A DNA stretch of 64,000 nt from Octopus vulgaris (taxonomy: Eukaryota): NCBI GenBank assembly GCA_951406725.2, contig OX597814.1, positions 26,846,001 through 26,910,000 on the forward strand, given 5' to 3'. This document shows positions 43,130 through 54,822 of this stretch, piece by piece. Numbering within the stretch: position 1 is the first letter of the stretch; each line of letters opens with the position of its first letter. Made by a program: the position numbers and the translations under genes. The notes beneath the pieces were generated by a model. That model did no database searches. It was given only the letters and a program-made list of their open reading frames with translations, and was not told the origin of the DNA.

Positions 43130-43700
43130 ATCATGTAAACTAAGTTTATACCGGAGCTGTTGAGTTTGCTGCAGGACATACCCTACAACATAATAGGACT
43201 TCATTCACAGAGTCAATCCATACATTCAAAGAGGCACAAAACTGTAGAACTAATCAAACTGAAAAAGCACTATTTCCTGAGGTAACCTGAGACATCTCTT
43301 AACAGGTGATCAAAAGTGTTACCCAGTTGCTCTCAGTGGTAGATATTCTGCTTGAAAAATTCCCAAAATTCCCTAACACCCAAACATTGCAATGCATAAA
43401 ACTTATCAGCTTCAGTTAGTTTCAGTCAGCTTTTGCAGAATAATTGCCCTTAAGGTGACAACCCTATTTCACCTCTCTAAACCACATTAACACTGGCAAA
43501 GTGGGCCTACAAACTGCAACAAGCTCAACTGCCTGATCAGATTTAAACAATGAAAACTAAGCTTACAAGTGTACATACAAATATAACAGTAATCATATTC
43601 CACAGCCACTATATCATCTGAAGGAGCGTATAAACATACTCTGTGTATGTGTTGAAAAACTCTGGGTAATGATGGAGTGAAACATTGATTGGCTTCTTTA
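43130..43700 (+). mobile_element. Penelope-like element 3' remnant (GIY-YIG C-terminus plus pLTR-like tail)
   Basis: Frameshifted DIPYNII / HRVNPYIQRG / NCRTNQTEKALF / PETSLNR*SKVLPSC...FCLKN resembles the Penelope end (PY..G.K.C.LCLTEK...LLNKRSE...C). A hammerhead-like motif follows downstream. Confidence 0.5.
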
Positions 43701-43726
43701 CCCTTCTCTCTCTCTCTCTCTATCTA

Positions 43727-43757
<31 letters not shown>

Positions 43758-44364
43758 CTCTCTCTCAGTGTATATATTTACAAATATATGTGTGTGTGTA
43801 TGCATATTATATACATATATACATATATTACACTCATAACAATCATATACATACACACACACACACACACACACACATACATACACACATATAAATAATT
43901 TGTGAATTGAATCCCTTCAAGGTAGATGTCACATCTTATCTTTTAAATTGTATGGTTTACAAAATATACAAAATAATATTACTTACACTACATCTTAACT
44001 AGTTCCTATTTAATTCATTAATGTATATGTATATATATATAAATTAATGTGTTGTTATATGATGATTTCAAAATTCTGAAGACTAGTCTGGTAAGTGCCA
44101 TTATCTAGATATACACACACATGCACACATATATTTATATGTACATATATGTATATATCATCATCATCATGATCATCATACTTAATTTTCCATGCTGATA
44201 TGGGTTGGACGGTTTGACACAGGCTTTTACAGGACTTAGAAAAACTGAAGAAGTGCTGCAATAAGTGTGTGAATCTAAGAGAGAAATATATTGAATAAAA
44301 TCATAATTAACTAATTAATTCTTTAGTATTTTTTTTTACCCAAAGTCAGGAACTTTTCATCCCC

Positions 44365-44406
<42 letters not shown>

Positions 44407-44409
44407 TTC

Positions 44410-45612
44410 ATGTCTATTTTGGCATGTTTTCTATAGCTGGATGCTCTTTCTAATGCCAACTACTTCACAGAGTGTATTGGGTGTTTTTTATGTGGCACAG
44501 GCACTTTTACGTGGCACCATTATGAGCACTTTTATGTGGCACTAGCATGGGCGCTTCTACATGGTGCCCACATCCACAAGCCCACAAAACTAGGACCCTT
44601 CTGCTGAGAGAGGAATGTAGAGGACATATCTGTATGTATGGACAGCCACAATTTTACTTAGCTTGGCATGCCTCCTCAAGCACAGCAAACCACTAGAAGT
44701 CTCGGTCCTTTGTCATCTCTGTGAGGCTCAAAGTTTGAAGGTCCTTTCTCACCACTTCATCCCATGTCTTTCTGGGTCGATCTTTTCCACACATTTCCAT
44801 GACAATTAGAGATCAGTACTTCTTGATGCAGTTGTCCCTATCCATATGCATCACATGACCATATCAACTCAGTCTTCTCTATTGCACACTACATCTGATG
44901 CTTCGTATATCCAATTTTTCTCCCAAACCACTTACGCTCTGTCTTACATGCACACTGACATTACCTGTTCAGTGGAGCATATTGACTTCATTTCTTTCAA
45001 GCCTTCACATCTTCTCCACAGTCACAGCTCGTGTCTCACTGCCATGTAGCATAGCTGTTTATATGCAACATCATACAAGCTTCCTTTCACTCTGAGAGAG
45101 AGGCCTTTTGTTACTAACAAAGGTAACTGCTCTCTGAACTTTGCCTAGCTCATTCTTATTCTAGCAACCATGCTTTCAGAACTACCTTCTCCACTGCTAA
45201 CTTAGCCACCTAAGTAATAGAAACTATCTTCTACTTCTAAGGATACCCCAGACATTTGAATGATTGTACTTTCTGTACATTCTTAGTGTTTTATGTACCT
45301 ACACATCTGCCACACACAATGACTGCTTTCCCTGTTAATCTTCCTCTGATACCACTGCATCACTTATGTGTCCATAGCTTGCACTGAGTACACCGTATAA
45401 AGTTTCTCCTGACACCATTTCTACATCTTGACCAGGGCAATTTCCTTGTAGGGATCAGTGAGTTGACTTTTCTTACGTACTTGGACTTTGGTCTTTGCTA
45501 AATTAATTCTAAGGCTCTTTAATTTCAACCTTGCTTTCACACCTGAAATTGCTTCTCTAGTTCTGGTAGTGATTCAGCAATAAGAGCAAGATCATCAGCA
45601 TAGAGGAGCTTC
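44410..45612 (-). mobile_element. 5'-truncated RTE-clade LINE
   Basis: LLYADDLALIAESLPELEK, LEVEDSFYYLG and AKFREQLPLLVTKGLSLRVKGSLYD. Stops and frameshifts. The 3' UTR has ~21-bp tandem units at 44485-44570. Confidence 0.9.
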
Positions 45613-46215
45613 ATAGTCATAATCCGAATTTTGTTTATATATCTATCAATTTCAAAAGTCAGTCATTCTTTTGGCAGTGTCTTTTTTCCTCCCAAACATT
45701 CTTTACATTCTGCAACCTCTCAGTAATATTTCGTTTCCAGAAATACTTTTCGTCAAGAACATCTTGATTCATATTGACATGTTACTTTGTATCCAGAACA
45801 TCTTACTCCACTGATATTCACTTCATAGAAAATTTCCAAACCTCTTACTTTTTTCTTGCTACACATACCTATCTTTCTGATATTATACCCTGTTCCCTCA
45901 TTTCTTCTGTCCTTTCCAGACTTGTTCTTTCATATTGATGTCTCTATGTAAAGTACTATTTGATCATAATTTCACTTTCTATTTAGTCTTGTTCCAACTA
46001 CAGTTGTGGCCTGTGGCTAATAGTAGGTTGAGAAATACATCTAGATTATAGGTCTATTTCTACTCTTCCTTCTTATAAACATCACCACCAAGAACTTCTC
46101 TGAAAATATATCTAGCAAAAGGGTCATTCTTATCTTCCTTCTGCATTTATGTATGTATGTGCATGCGTATATATATGTATGTATATACATATGTAAGTAG
46201 GTATATGTTTGTGTT

Positions 46216-46261
<46 letters not shown>

Positions 46262-47541
46262 CATATATATATATACATATATAATACACACACACACACG
46301 TATATGTATATATATTTCTCATAGACATATATGTGTGCAAACTAATGAATTTGTCAAGTTGTGGCTTATGCAGTCATATACAAAAGAAGCAGAACAAACC
46401 ATAACTACCAAATATAACTAAGGATTATTTTGATCCAAACTTGTCGAAGATAACGAAAGCAATAACAAATGAAGTTAACAATAAATACAGTAATGGAAAA
46501 TCTTTTCTTAAGAATTCCTCAAATAAATAATTTTGTGTCTATTATTACCTGAACTAGTGGTAAATGTCAGCACAATTCAATAATTCAGACAGATATTTTT
46601 ATGATACTCTAATTTTGCTTCAAAAATTGACACCAGCCAAGTGAACAACAGCAAAATACCTTGTAATCAAACTAACTTTCAATCACATTGTATTGAAAAC
46701 TTAAATATAGATAGGCAGGATCGATATGATATAACATGTCACCTAATAAAACATGTTCATGTTGGTGATTATATCGCATTGTGTTTTGTGGCTACTGATA
46801 TATTTTGGTAAATTACATGGTCTACTATAAGTAGTTAAGATGGGGTTAACATCCCAGACTATGTAACACAAAGCAAAATGCATCCTTGAAAGAAGTACCT
46901 TATTGTAATTTAATTAAATAACTTTACAGGTCTAAAAGCATCCACTGAGGTGCAGTTTTGTGCATGTCTTGCCCATGTTTTGAATACTACTAGTGTGTCC
47001 ATCTTCTAAACAGTTGTCCATATGCTGATTTTAGCCCAACACTGCATATTAGAGAATTACTTATCATTCATGTAGTGCTCATACATCTTATAGTAGCAAA
47101 CTTAGCAACCTGATCTTTTATATCTGTAGTAGATATCACAAGGTAGTGATTATCCCAGGGCTCTATTGGAAGACACTTGCCCAATGTCCCACACAGTGAG
47201 ACTGAATCTGGACCCACATGTCTCTAAAACGAACTTCTTCACAGCAGTGCATTATCAGTCACAGACCAATGACAGAAACAAGTAAAAGAATGAAAGAATG
47301 TTTTCATAATGCAAACATGCAAATTCCAAGTAAATATGGTTAATACAAAACCAATATGGAAACTTTGTGATGAAAACTAAATAACATGGCCTGATGGCTT
47401 AATTGCTACTGTCATTCAGCCCCCACATCAGTTCCTATTCTAGAAGACATATGATCAATCAAAGATACTGAAGTTGCAACCATTGCACTATCGTTAGTTT
47501 TATTTTTCATTAGTTTTCTTTTTTTAAATGTATCTGGGACC

Positions 47542-47961
47542 TAATGTTGTAGTTCAGTAATGTACTGTCATTAAGTGTTGCATATTGGAAGAAATTCTAT
47601 TCTTTTGACTGCATTCATTCATTTCTTTTATATTTCCAATATTCAATACACACATATAGACAATTGATTGATGATTAAAGAGTGAGCAGGGAATAGCATT
47701 GCTTCTCATGCCAGATTGATATGACTCTCTACAAGTAACAGAAACAGCATGAAAATCATATTAAAATAACAATACATATGTCAAGTTAGATGAAAGATGA
47801 TGGAAAGTAAGAAAATTTTCGAAATTCTATATCAATAACAAATGGGATTGAAAAGAATTGATGGGAAAATAACAAAGTTTTCTATTTACATTTGAAATAA
47901 CAGCTTCAACTAAAAAGTAAACAGTAGAAAACGTAAAATTTAGCTTGCTTTCAATTCCCAA
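47542..47961. repeat. Copy 1 of a ~410-bp dispersed direct duplication
   Basis: Aligns by eye along its length with 52842-53249 (roughly 80% identity, estimated). Confidence 0.85.
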
Positions 47962-48835
47962 GTTATTGTAGTTATTTAACCTTAGGTTACTCATAACCAT
48001 TTCTCTCCTAAGACCGAGAAAAAATATCTAATATTGGTCACTCTTAAGTTTCAAACGTGTTTCAACACCTCAACAAATAAGGTAAGTTAATGAGGGTCTA
48101 ACTAAATGTAATATTACAATCACTGAAGCTATTGACCTTACCACAAATAGAGACCAGTAATACACACACGTATACGTGTGTGTGTGTGTGTATATACATA
48201 TACGTGTGTGTGTGTGTATATATGCACACATATATGTCTATGAGAAATGAAAAGGATTGGTCCAGCACAGCATTCTTTCAGTGTCATGGTCTATCCCTTA
48301 TAAATTACATACAAAGAAGAAAAAATATATAGCACTACATTAACCAATATATCCTTACTGTTTTTAGGACAAAAAGTATGTGATTTGAAACAGATTTGGC
48401 TACTATTTCTAGCAGATCACACAACTGTATAAATGTTGCCTTGTTAACTCAGAGATAGTTTATTGTTGATAAAGTAGGAAGAGCCACTAATGAAAATGTT
48501 CTTTGAGTGTAGAGTAAGAAAGCTTGTCTTTATGCTGTATTCAGTAACAGGTTGTGCTAGTGGTCGACTCGCATTTGCAAATGTAACACTATACCTCCAT
48601 GCTCTGATGTGCAACCATGTGTTTTTAATGCAATGCATATGTTTATCACCATTTAGTTTGTGCAAAATAGCCTGTTCAGACTCCTGTACAGCGAAGCATC
48701 TAATGCACCTGTATACAGGCACACACAAATATACATATTTATCAGATGTATCACTCACATTTTTAATTACATATATATATATGCTCACAGATACACAACC
48801 ATGCACACATAAATATTCACACACACAGAGACAGA

Positions 48836-48879
<44 letters not shown>

Positions 48880-48923
48880 TACGTATATGCATGCATATAT
48901 ATATTTATTTATCTCTCAATCTA

Positions 48924-48967
<44 letters not shown>

Positions 48968-50655
48968 AAAGAGAAAGACAGAAAGAAAAAGTAAAAGAGA
49001 GTTTGCTTTTGATGTAGCAGTTAACAGAGCTACTTCAAACAGGAATTCTGAACTTATCAGAAACAGCAACAATAGTCAGACTACGCATATTAGCTTCGGT
49101 TCGTAGCCAATCTAGAAGGCGAATAACACAAATGTCACATCTTTATGGCTGTAAAAGCCCTAGCTTGTCGTTTTATGGTTGCTTTTAACCTAAAGTATGC
49201 AATTGTTTCATACAACTCTAGGATACATATATATTAATACACACATGTGTGGGCACAAACATATGTGTGTATGCATGTCCATATGTTAAAGTGTATATGT
49301 ATGAATGTGTGTGTATATATATATATATATATATAAACTTACATACGCATATATATATATCATATATGTGTGTGTGTATATATATATATATATTTATATA
49401 TAGATATGTTTATATATATTTCTATACCACCATGGAAAGCTTGCATAAAATGATGATGATGATGATGATATTGTTGACGGTGATGGCAGCAATCATGTTG
49501 CTCATATAAATATATGTACATACATGTGTATTGTGTGCATTTATAATCATACCTTTGTGTGTGTATGTGTGTGTTATATAGACACACATATGCATATATA
49601 TATATATATACACACACACATATATTTTTCTACACATACACACACACACATGCATACACACAATATGTATATATGAGTGCAAACTAGCTGGTTGAGGAGT
49701 TTACTAGCAAGGCAAGCCGTAGAGTTATCATTTCTGATCTTCATACAAGACAAATGTTATTGATATGTTTACATACATATAGATAGATAGACAGAGAAAG
49801 AGAGAGACCTAGAAAGATAGATAGATGTGTAGTTGAGCGTACACAAGTGTGTGCGTGTGCATGCATGTGTGTGTGTAAGTGTGTGTGTATCAATGTATAC
49901 ATGTGTGTACCTGTTTGTAGTTGTATATATAATAGCCATCATGGAAAGTGGACGTTAAACAACGATGATGATATCTATGCAAGTATTTATGCATGCAAAA
50001 GAAAGTTACATAGAGTATGTGAATCTATCTGCGTTTGAGCTATAAATATTGCCTATTTTTGCAAAGTTTACATTTGAAAAAATAATACTGATAGTTTATA
50101 TATAACTATTTTCATATATATATATATTTACAAACACATATATGTATGTTAAAGTAGTGAGGAAAGGCAAACAATTAGACAAAACATCATATGGACGTTT
50201 AATTTAATTTAATTCAATCTAATTTAGCTACATAACAAATGGTAAAAAAAAATAATCTATGACAGCTGTTTCTGGGATATCCCTGCTATTGGGGCTTAGT
50301 ATTGAGCGAAGATTCTATAAGTTGGGTATTCTGTCATTGGAGAGTTATAAGTTAGACAGTGGAAGAATGTTCCTCATCAATGATATTTGTTGTGGTTCAT
50401 TATGTCCAAGAGGGTGGGAGGGTTTGATGTAGTTAGATCAAGTATTCTTTAGATAAATCCATGATCAGAAAGGATGGTCAGATCGTACACCATGGTAAGA
50501 GGAAGGAAAGAATGCTTATGCAATACTCCATAAGTGAATGCTAGCAGTTCCAAAGTTGTGCAAATACCAAGAGGAGAAATAAATAATGCATTCTGGTGAG
50601 AGAACGATAGATAGGTAAGAGCTTGGTACTATATATATACTATTCAGTATAGTGA

Positions 50656-50693
<38 letters not shown>

Positions 50694-50764
50694 CACATAT
50701 ATATATATATATATAGTACCAATATATATATATATATATAGATACACAAAGAAGACTCTCTCAA

Positions 50765-51245
50765 TGTGACCGGTCAGCTACTTGGAAAGGCTGAAGAAAT
50801 TAAGATTCATCTCCCTAAAACAAAGGCAGAAAAGACATTCAGTGATATACATCTGGAAAATCCTGGAAAGACTTGTACCAAACTTTGGTAGTGAAAGCTA
50901 CACAAACACCAGAATGAGGCACCACTGCATAGTGCCAAAGATTTAACATCACCATGAAGAATCAGCCTGGGTTTCAAGGGCTCACCACTCTTCAGTACCC
51001 TCCCTAAAAGCATGAGGTAGATATAGGTGTCGTCAAAACAACACTGGATCTCCGGTTGTGAAGAGTTCCAGATGAACTTAACTTATGGCAGGAAATGCAA
51101 ATGATGGCAGCAATATCAAAGTCCCTTATTCACCAAATGTCAAATATCAGAGGAGATTTTTAAGTAAATGAAGGTGTAGAAAAATTAACAATGATGCCCC
51201 AATATGGCCACAGCTCTCGAGCTGAAACTAGTAAAAAACTAAAAG
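50765..51245 (+). mobile_element. CR1/L2-like LINE 3' fragment
   Basis: SYLERL...VIYIWKILERLVPNFGSESYTNTR...SLGFKGSPLFSTLPK. Same family as 21930-22745. Confidence 0.75.
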
Positions 51246-51268
51246 AGTATATATATATATATATATAT

Positions 51269-51299
<31 letters not shown>

Positions 51300-51789
51300 A
51301 CCGTCATCATCATTTAATGTCCATTTTCCATGCTTGCATGAGTTGGACAGTTTGACAAGATTTAATGAGCCAGGATTTCATTGAGCACCATGTCTGCTTT
51401 AGCAAGCTTTTTATAACTGGATGCCCTTCCTAACACCAACCCCATTACAGTGTGTACTGTATGCTTTTCTTTGCGCCACTAGCACTAGTCGGGTTGCCAA
51501 GTAACATACAAGGAACAAAAAATCAAGAAAAAGGCAAAAGAGGGAAAAGCCCTCTCAGATAAGTGGGAGTAGTATTTGAGAGGGCAAAAAGGTGATTATT
51601 TATGCCAGAGACAAGCAGAGGTAGAGAAGATACATGGCTGCTTCCCATTTATATGAGAATGGATAGGAGTATCTGGGAAAAGGTAAGATGATAGTGTCAG
51701 GGCAGAGCTCTCAAGAAGCAAGAGATGATACAAGCAGTGGATCAGGAAGTGCTGAGTTTCAAAAAGATTTTCAATTGCAGTCTGATGGA

Positions 51790-52270
51790 CACCAACTCTA
51801 TCAAGAAAACCAGAATTGACTAGGAAGGCTGGTTGAAAGCTGTAGTCAAATTTGAGTTACCAAGAATATTCAAGGCTTGGCCCTACCAAAAAAGGATCCT
51901 CTTCAGATTCCACTGATATCTGTTCATCTATGAAGTTTTCTATGACAGTAGCAGGATATTTGGAGCATCTGTTGATCAGCTACCTTTGCAGATGACTAGG
52001 TTTACCACACAACTAAAATGGTATTGAGCTGTACAAAAGCAGTGCAGCAAGCTCAGACTTCCCTGTGTCAGGGAGTTAAGTCGTGGTAGCACAGGTAGGA
52101 GAACACTTCAAGTACATCAGTTTAAGGGACACTAAAGCACCAGGTGCAGGGATTTCAGTAAAAACAAGAAGGAAATGGAAAACACTATTTTCTTGATAGC
52201 GTGATACCAGGCAAGCCAGACTCAAAAGTACAGCTGCAACCCAGTATGACAGAGTTAGCAGGAAGAAAAG
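51790..52270 (+). pseudogene. Possible very decayed RT fragment of another LINE
   Basis: Scattered motif echoes: LPKKGSS (PQG region), TFADD and HFKYI. Many stops. Confidence 0.25.
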
Positions 52271-52280
52271 GTGGAAGCTA

Positions 52281-52596
52281 CACCATCATCCATTCGAACA
52301 CATTTTTCTCCTGTGACATCACAATTTTCTCTCACACTGTCTTGCAATCCGAAATACCTCAGTTCTTTGGTCCTCATGTCTCTGGACATTGGCAAACTTC
52401 TTCTTTTCCGCTTCACTCTTGGCTATGTATACCTGCCACCCAGCCTCCCTTCTGGCTACCTGGTACTGTTCCCTGCTACCACCATCCTTCCAGGCTTTCC
52501 AGGCCTGTTTCTTTGCCCTAACGGCTTTGTCTACCGTTCTGTTTCTTTACCCTAACGGCTTTGTCTACTGTTCTGTTTCTTTGCCTTAATGGCTGT
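52281..52596 (-). mobile_element. Internal RTE LINE fragment (EN-RT linker)
   Basis: VDKAVRAKKQAWKAWKDGGSREQYQVARREAGWQVYIAKSEAEKKKFANVQRHEDQRTEVFRIARQC...DVTGEKCVRMDDG. Relatively GC-rich and CpG-retaining. Confidence 0.75.
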
Positions 52597-52841
52597 GCAT
52601 ATGTGCATATGCATATTTGTGCATATTTGTCTAGCCCATACTAGTCTAGTAAAACCCCCATAAATTGAACAATCGATATACCTACACATAAACATATATA
52701 TATTGATATGGCTCTCTCTCTCTCTCTCTCTCTCATCCTTTCTCTCTATCTATCTGTGTGTTTGTGTAGATACACCTGCATATATGTAAGCAAGATTTCT
52801 CTCTCTCCCTTGCAAACACATCATTTTCTTCATATAAAACA

Positions 52842-53249
52842 TAATGTTGTGGCACAGTGATGTACTGTCATTTAGTGTAACATATTGGAAGAAATTCCAT
52901 TCTTTTAACTAAGTTCATTCATTTACTTTCCATTTCCAACATTCAATACTCACATATAAACAATTGATTGACAACTAAAGACTACACAGGGAATAGCACT
53001 GTTTCTCTTGCCAAATTGATATGGTTCTCTACAATATCAAAATCATATAAAAACAACAACACATTTTTCAAATTAAATGAAAGATGATGGAAAGTTAAGA
53101 AAATTCTTGAAATTCCATATGAATAACAAATTTGATTGAAAAGAATTGATGGGAAAATAACAAAATTTTCTTTTTACATTTGAAATAACAGCTTCAACTA
53201 AAAACTAAACAGAGCAAAATCTAAAGTTTAGCTTGCTAGCTATTCCCAA
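52842..53249. repeat. Copy 2 of the ~410-bp dispersed direct duplication
   Basis: Shares blocks such as gaaaagaattgatgggaaaataacaaa and tttacatttgaaataacagcttcaactaaaaa with copy 1. Confidence 0.85.
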
Positions 53250-54644
53250 TGTTGTAACAGAGTTTGTCCTAATAGTTGTTATTATTGTAGTTGCTGTTTA
53301 GCCTTAAGCTATCCATGATCAAGCAGATATATGATCAAATGTATTCCATCCATGAACATATATATATATATAAAAGTACATTACTGAAAACATCTATCTT
53401 TTATTCATGACAGTAGATGCTTATTTGAGGGAAGTATGACTACTATGTATAGCAGGTCAATGAATCACATACAGGTTCCCCTTTTTGACTCATTTTGTAT
53501 TGGTAATAAATTATTTAAGAAGAAGGGAAAAAATTCATGACTCACCAGTTGCTAATATGTTGATCAACAGAATAAACAAACTAAATTACAAAAAAAAAAG
53601 ACCAGCTCAGAGTATTCCAAATGATAAATTCTTTATTTTAGTTTTCTGAGACGAAAATAATTAGAAATATTTTTAAGTATGTAAAAATATTATTCATATA
53701 TGTCTAAAACTAAAGAGGATTTTTTGTTTCAAAATCAAATTTTCCATTGTAAATTTCTCTTCCAAAATAAATTTGAATCCTAATTTCAGAGTGTAAATCT
53801 CACATTTTCATTTGCTCTATGAGCAAAGTTAATAATACTAATTAGTTAAATATTTTATTCGGTTAGAAATTGTATATTTCCTATTCTGAATAATTTGATA
53901 TTAGAAATCAGATCAACCTCTCTCATTGGCAATCTAACCTATTGCATGAATTTGGAAACACATTCAAACCTTGTTGAAAAGAACTAAGAGAAATAGGCAT
54001 CTTCACATCAAAAGAAAATGTCAGGGGTACTGATAGAAATGGTAAAAATAATTTCATTATTCATACATTAAACAACTTTATTATGATGATTTTTCAAATT
54101 TTTCTTTTTTAATCTGGTCTCATTTGAGTAGATATTTGTCCACATTTATTGAAAAGCTAAATGAAAAGGGCTGAAAAGTTTTCATATAATTGAATCATTC
54201 AGCAATGGAAAAGAAATGATAATATTTTACAACTGGAACAGTTTCCTCAGTTCACAGAATTTCTCTACCATTAATGAGATGGAAAAGATAATAAACTAAA
54301 GAATAACATTTGTTTGTTTTGTCTTCAATTTCAGATATATTTTTATAGATTATAGTTATATCATTTTTGCATATTAAATTAAAGAAAAAAAGAAAACTTT
54401 TTAAGAACTCCATGGTAAATTATAGATAGTGAGGAAGAATGCTTGAAGTCATTGACATTTGGTTATTCTAGAATTAAGTTCCTATGTGTTTTTAATTTCT
54501 GTTCCCATAAATATTTAATTCCATCAAAAGATAGAACTCCTGTAGTTCAAAACAATTTAATAAATTGTGAAAAATGCTATGAAAATTATATAGAGTAATG
54601 CATGAACATAATACTGTTGTTTCAAGACAATGAGAAACACTATG

Positions 54645-54822
54645 AAGTCACTCATTCTTGTAGAACTAGTAGCCAAATCTCACTCAAATAACATTCTACT
54701 GTCTTAAAAAAACAAAACATTGGATGATGTAATCCTTCCAAAAAAAGGTGATATGGTCAACTGGAATACTTTTGATCATAGATTTGTTCAGTCAGATGTT
54801 ACATAGGGTTAAAAACAACAAA
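54645..54822 (+). mobile_element. Short interspersed repeat family 3
   Basis: agtagccaaatctc...ggaatacttttgatcatag...aaacaacaa. Related copies at about 18990, 58460, 61030 (+) and 48330, 53295 (-). Confidence 0.55.

Noticed and set aside
43175-43281. AG...GT-bounded open frame in phase with the Ig exon
   Set aside because: The translations resemble the Penelope GIY-YIG C-terminus, so a transposon remnant explains it better.
52505-52596. Short regularly spaced repeats (CRISPR-like)
   Set aside because: No unique spacers, eukaryotic context, and the unit is RTE coding sequence.
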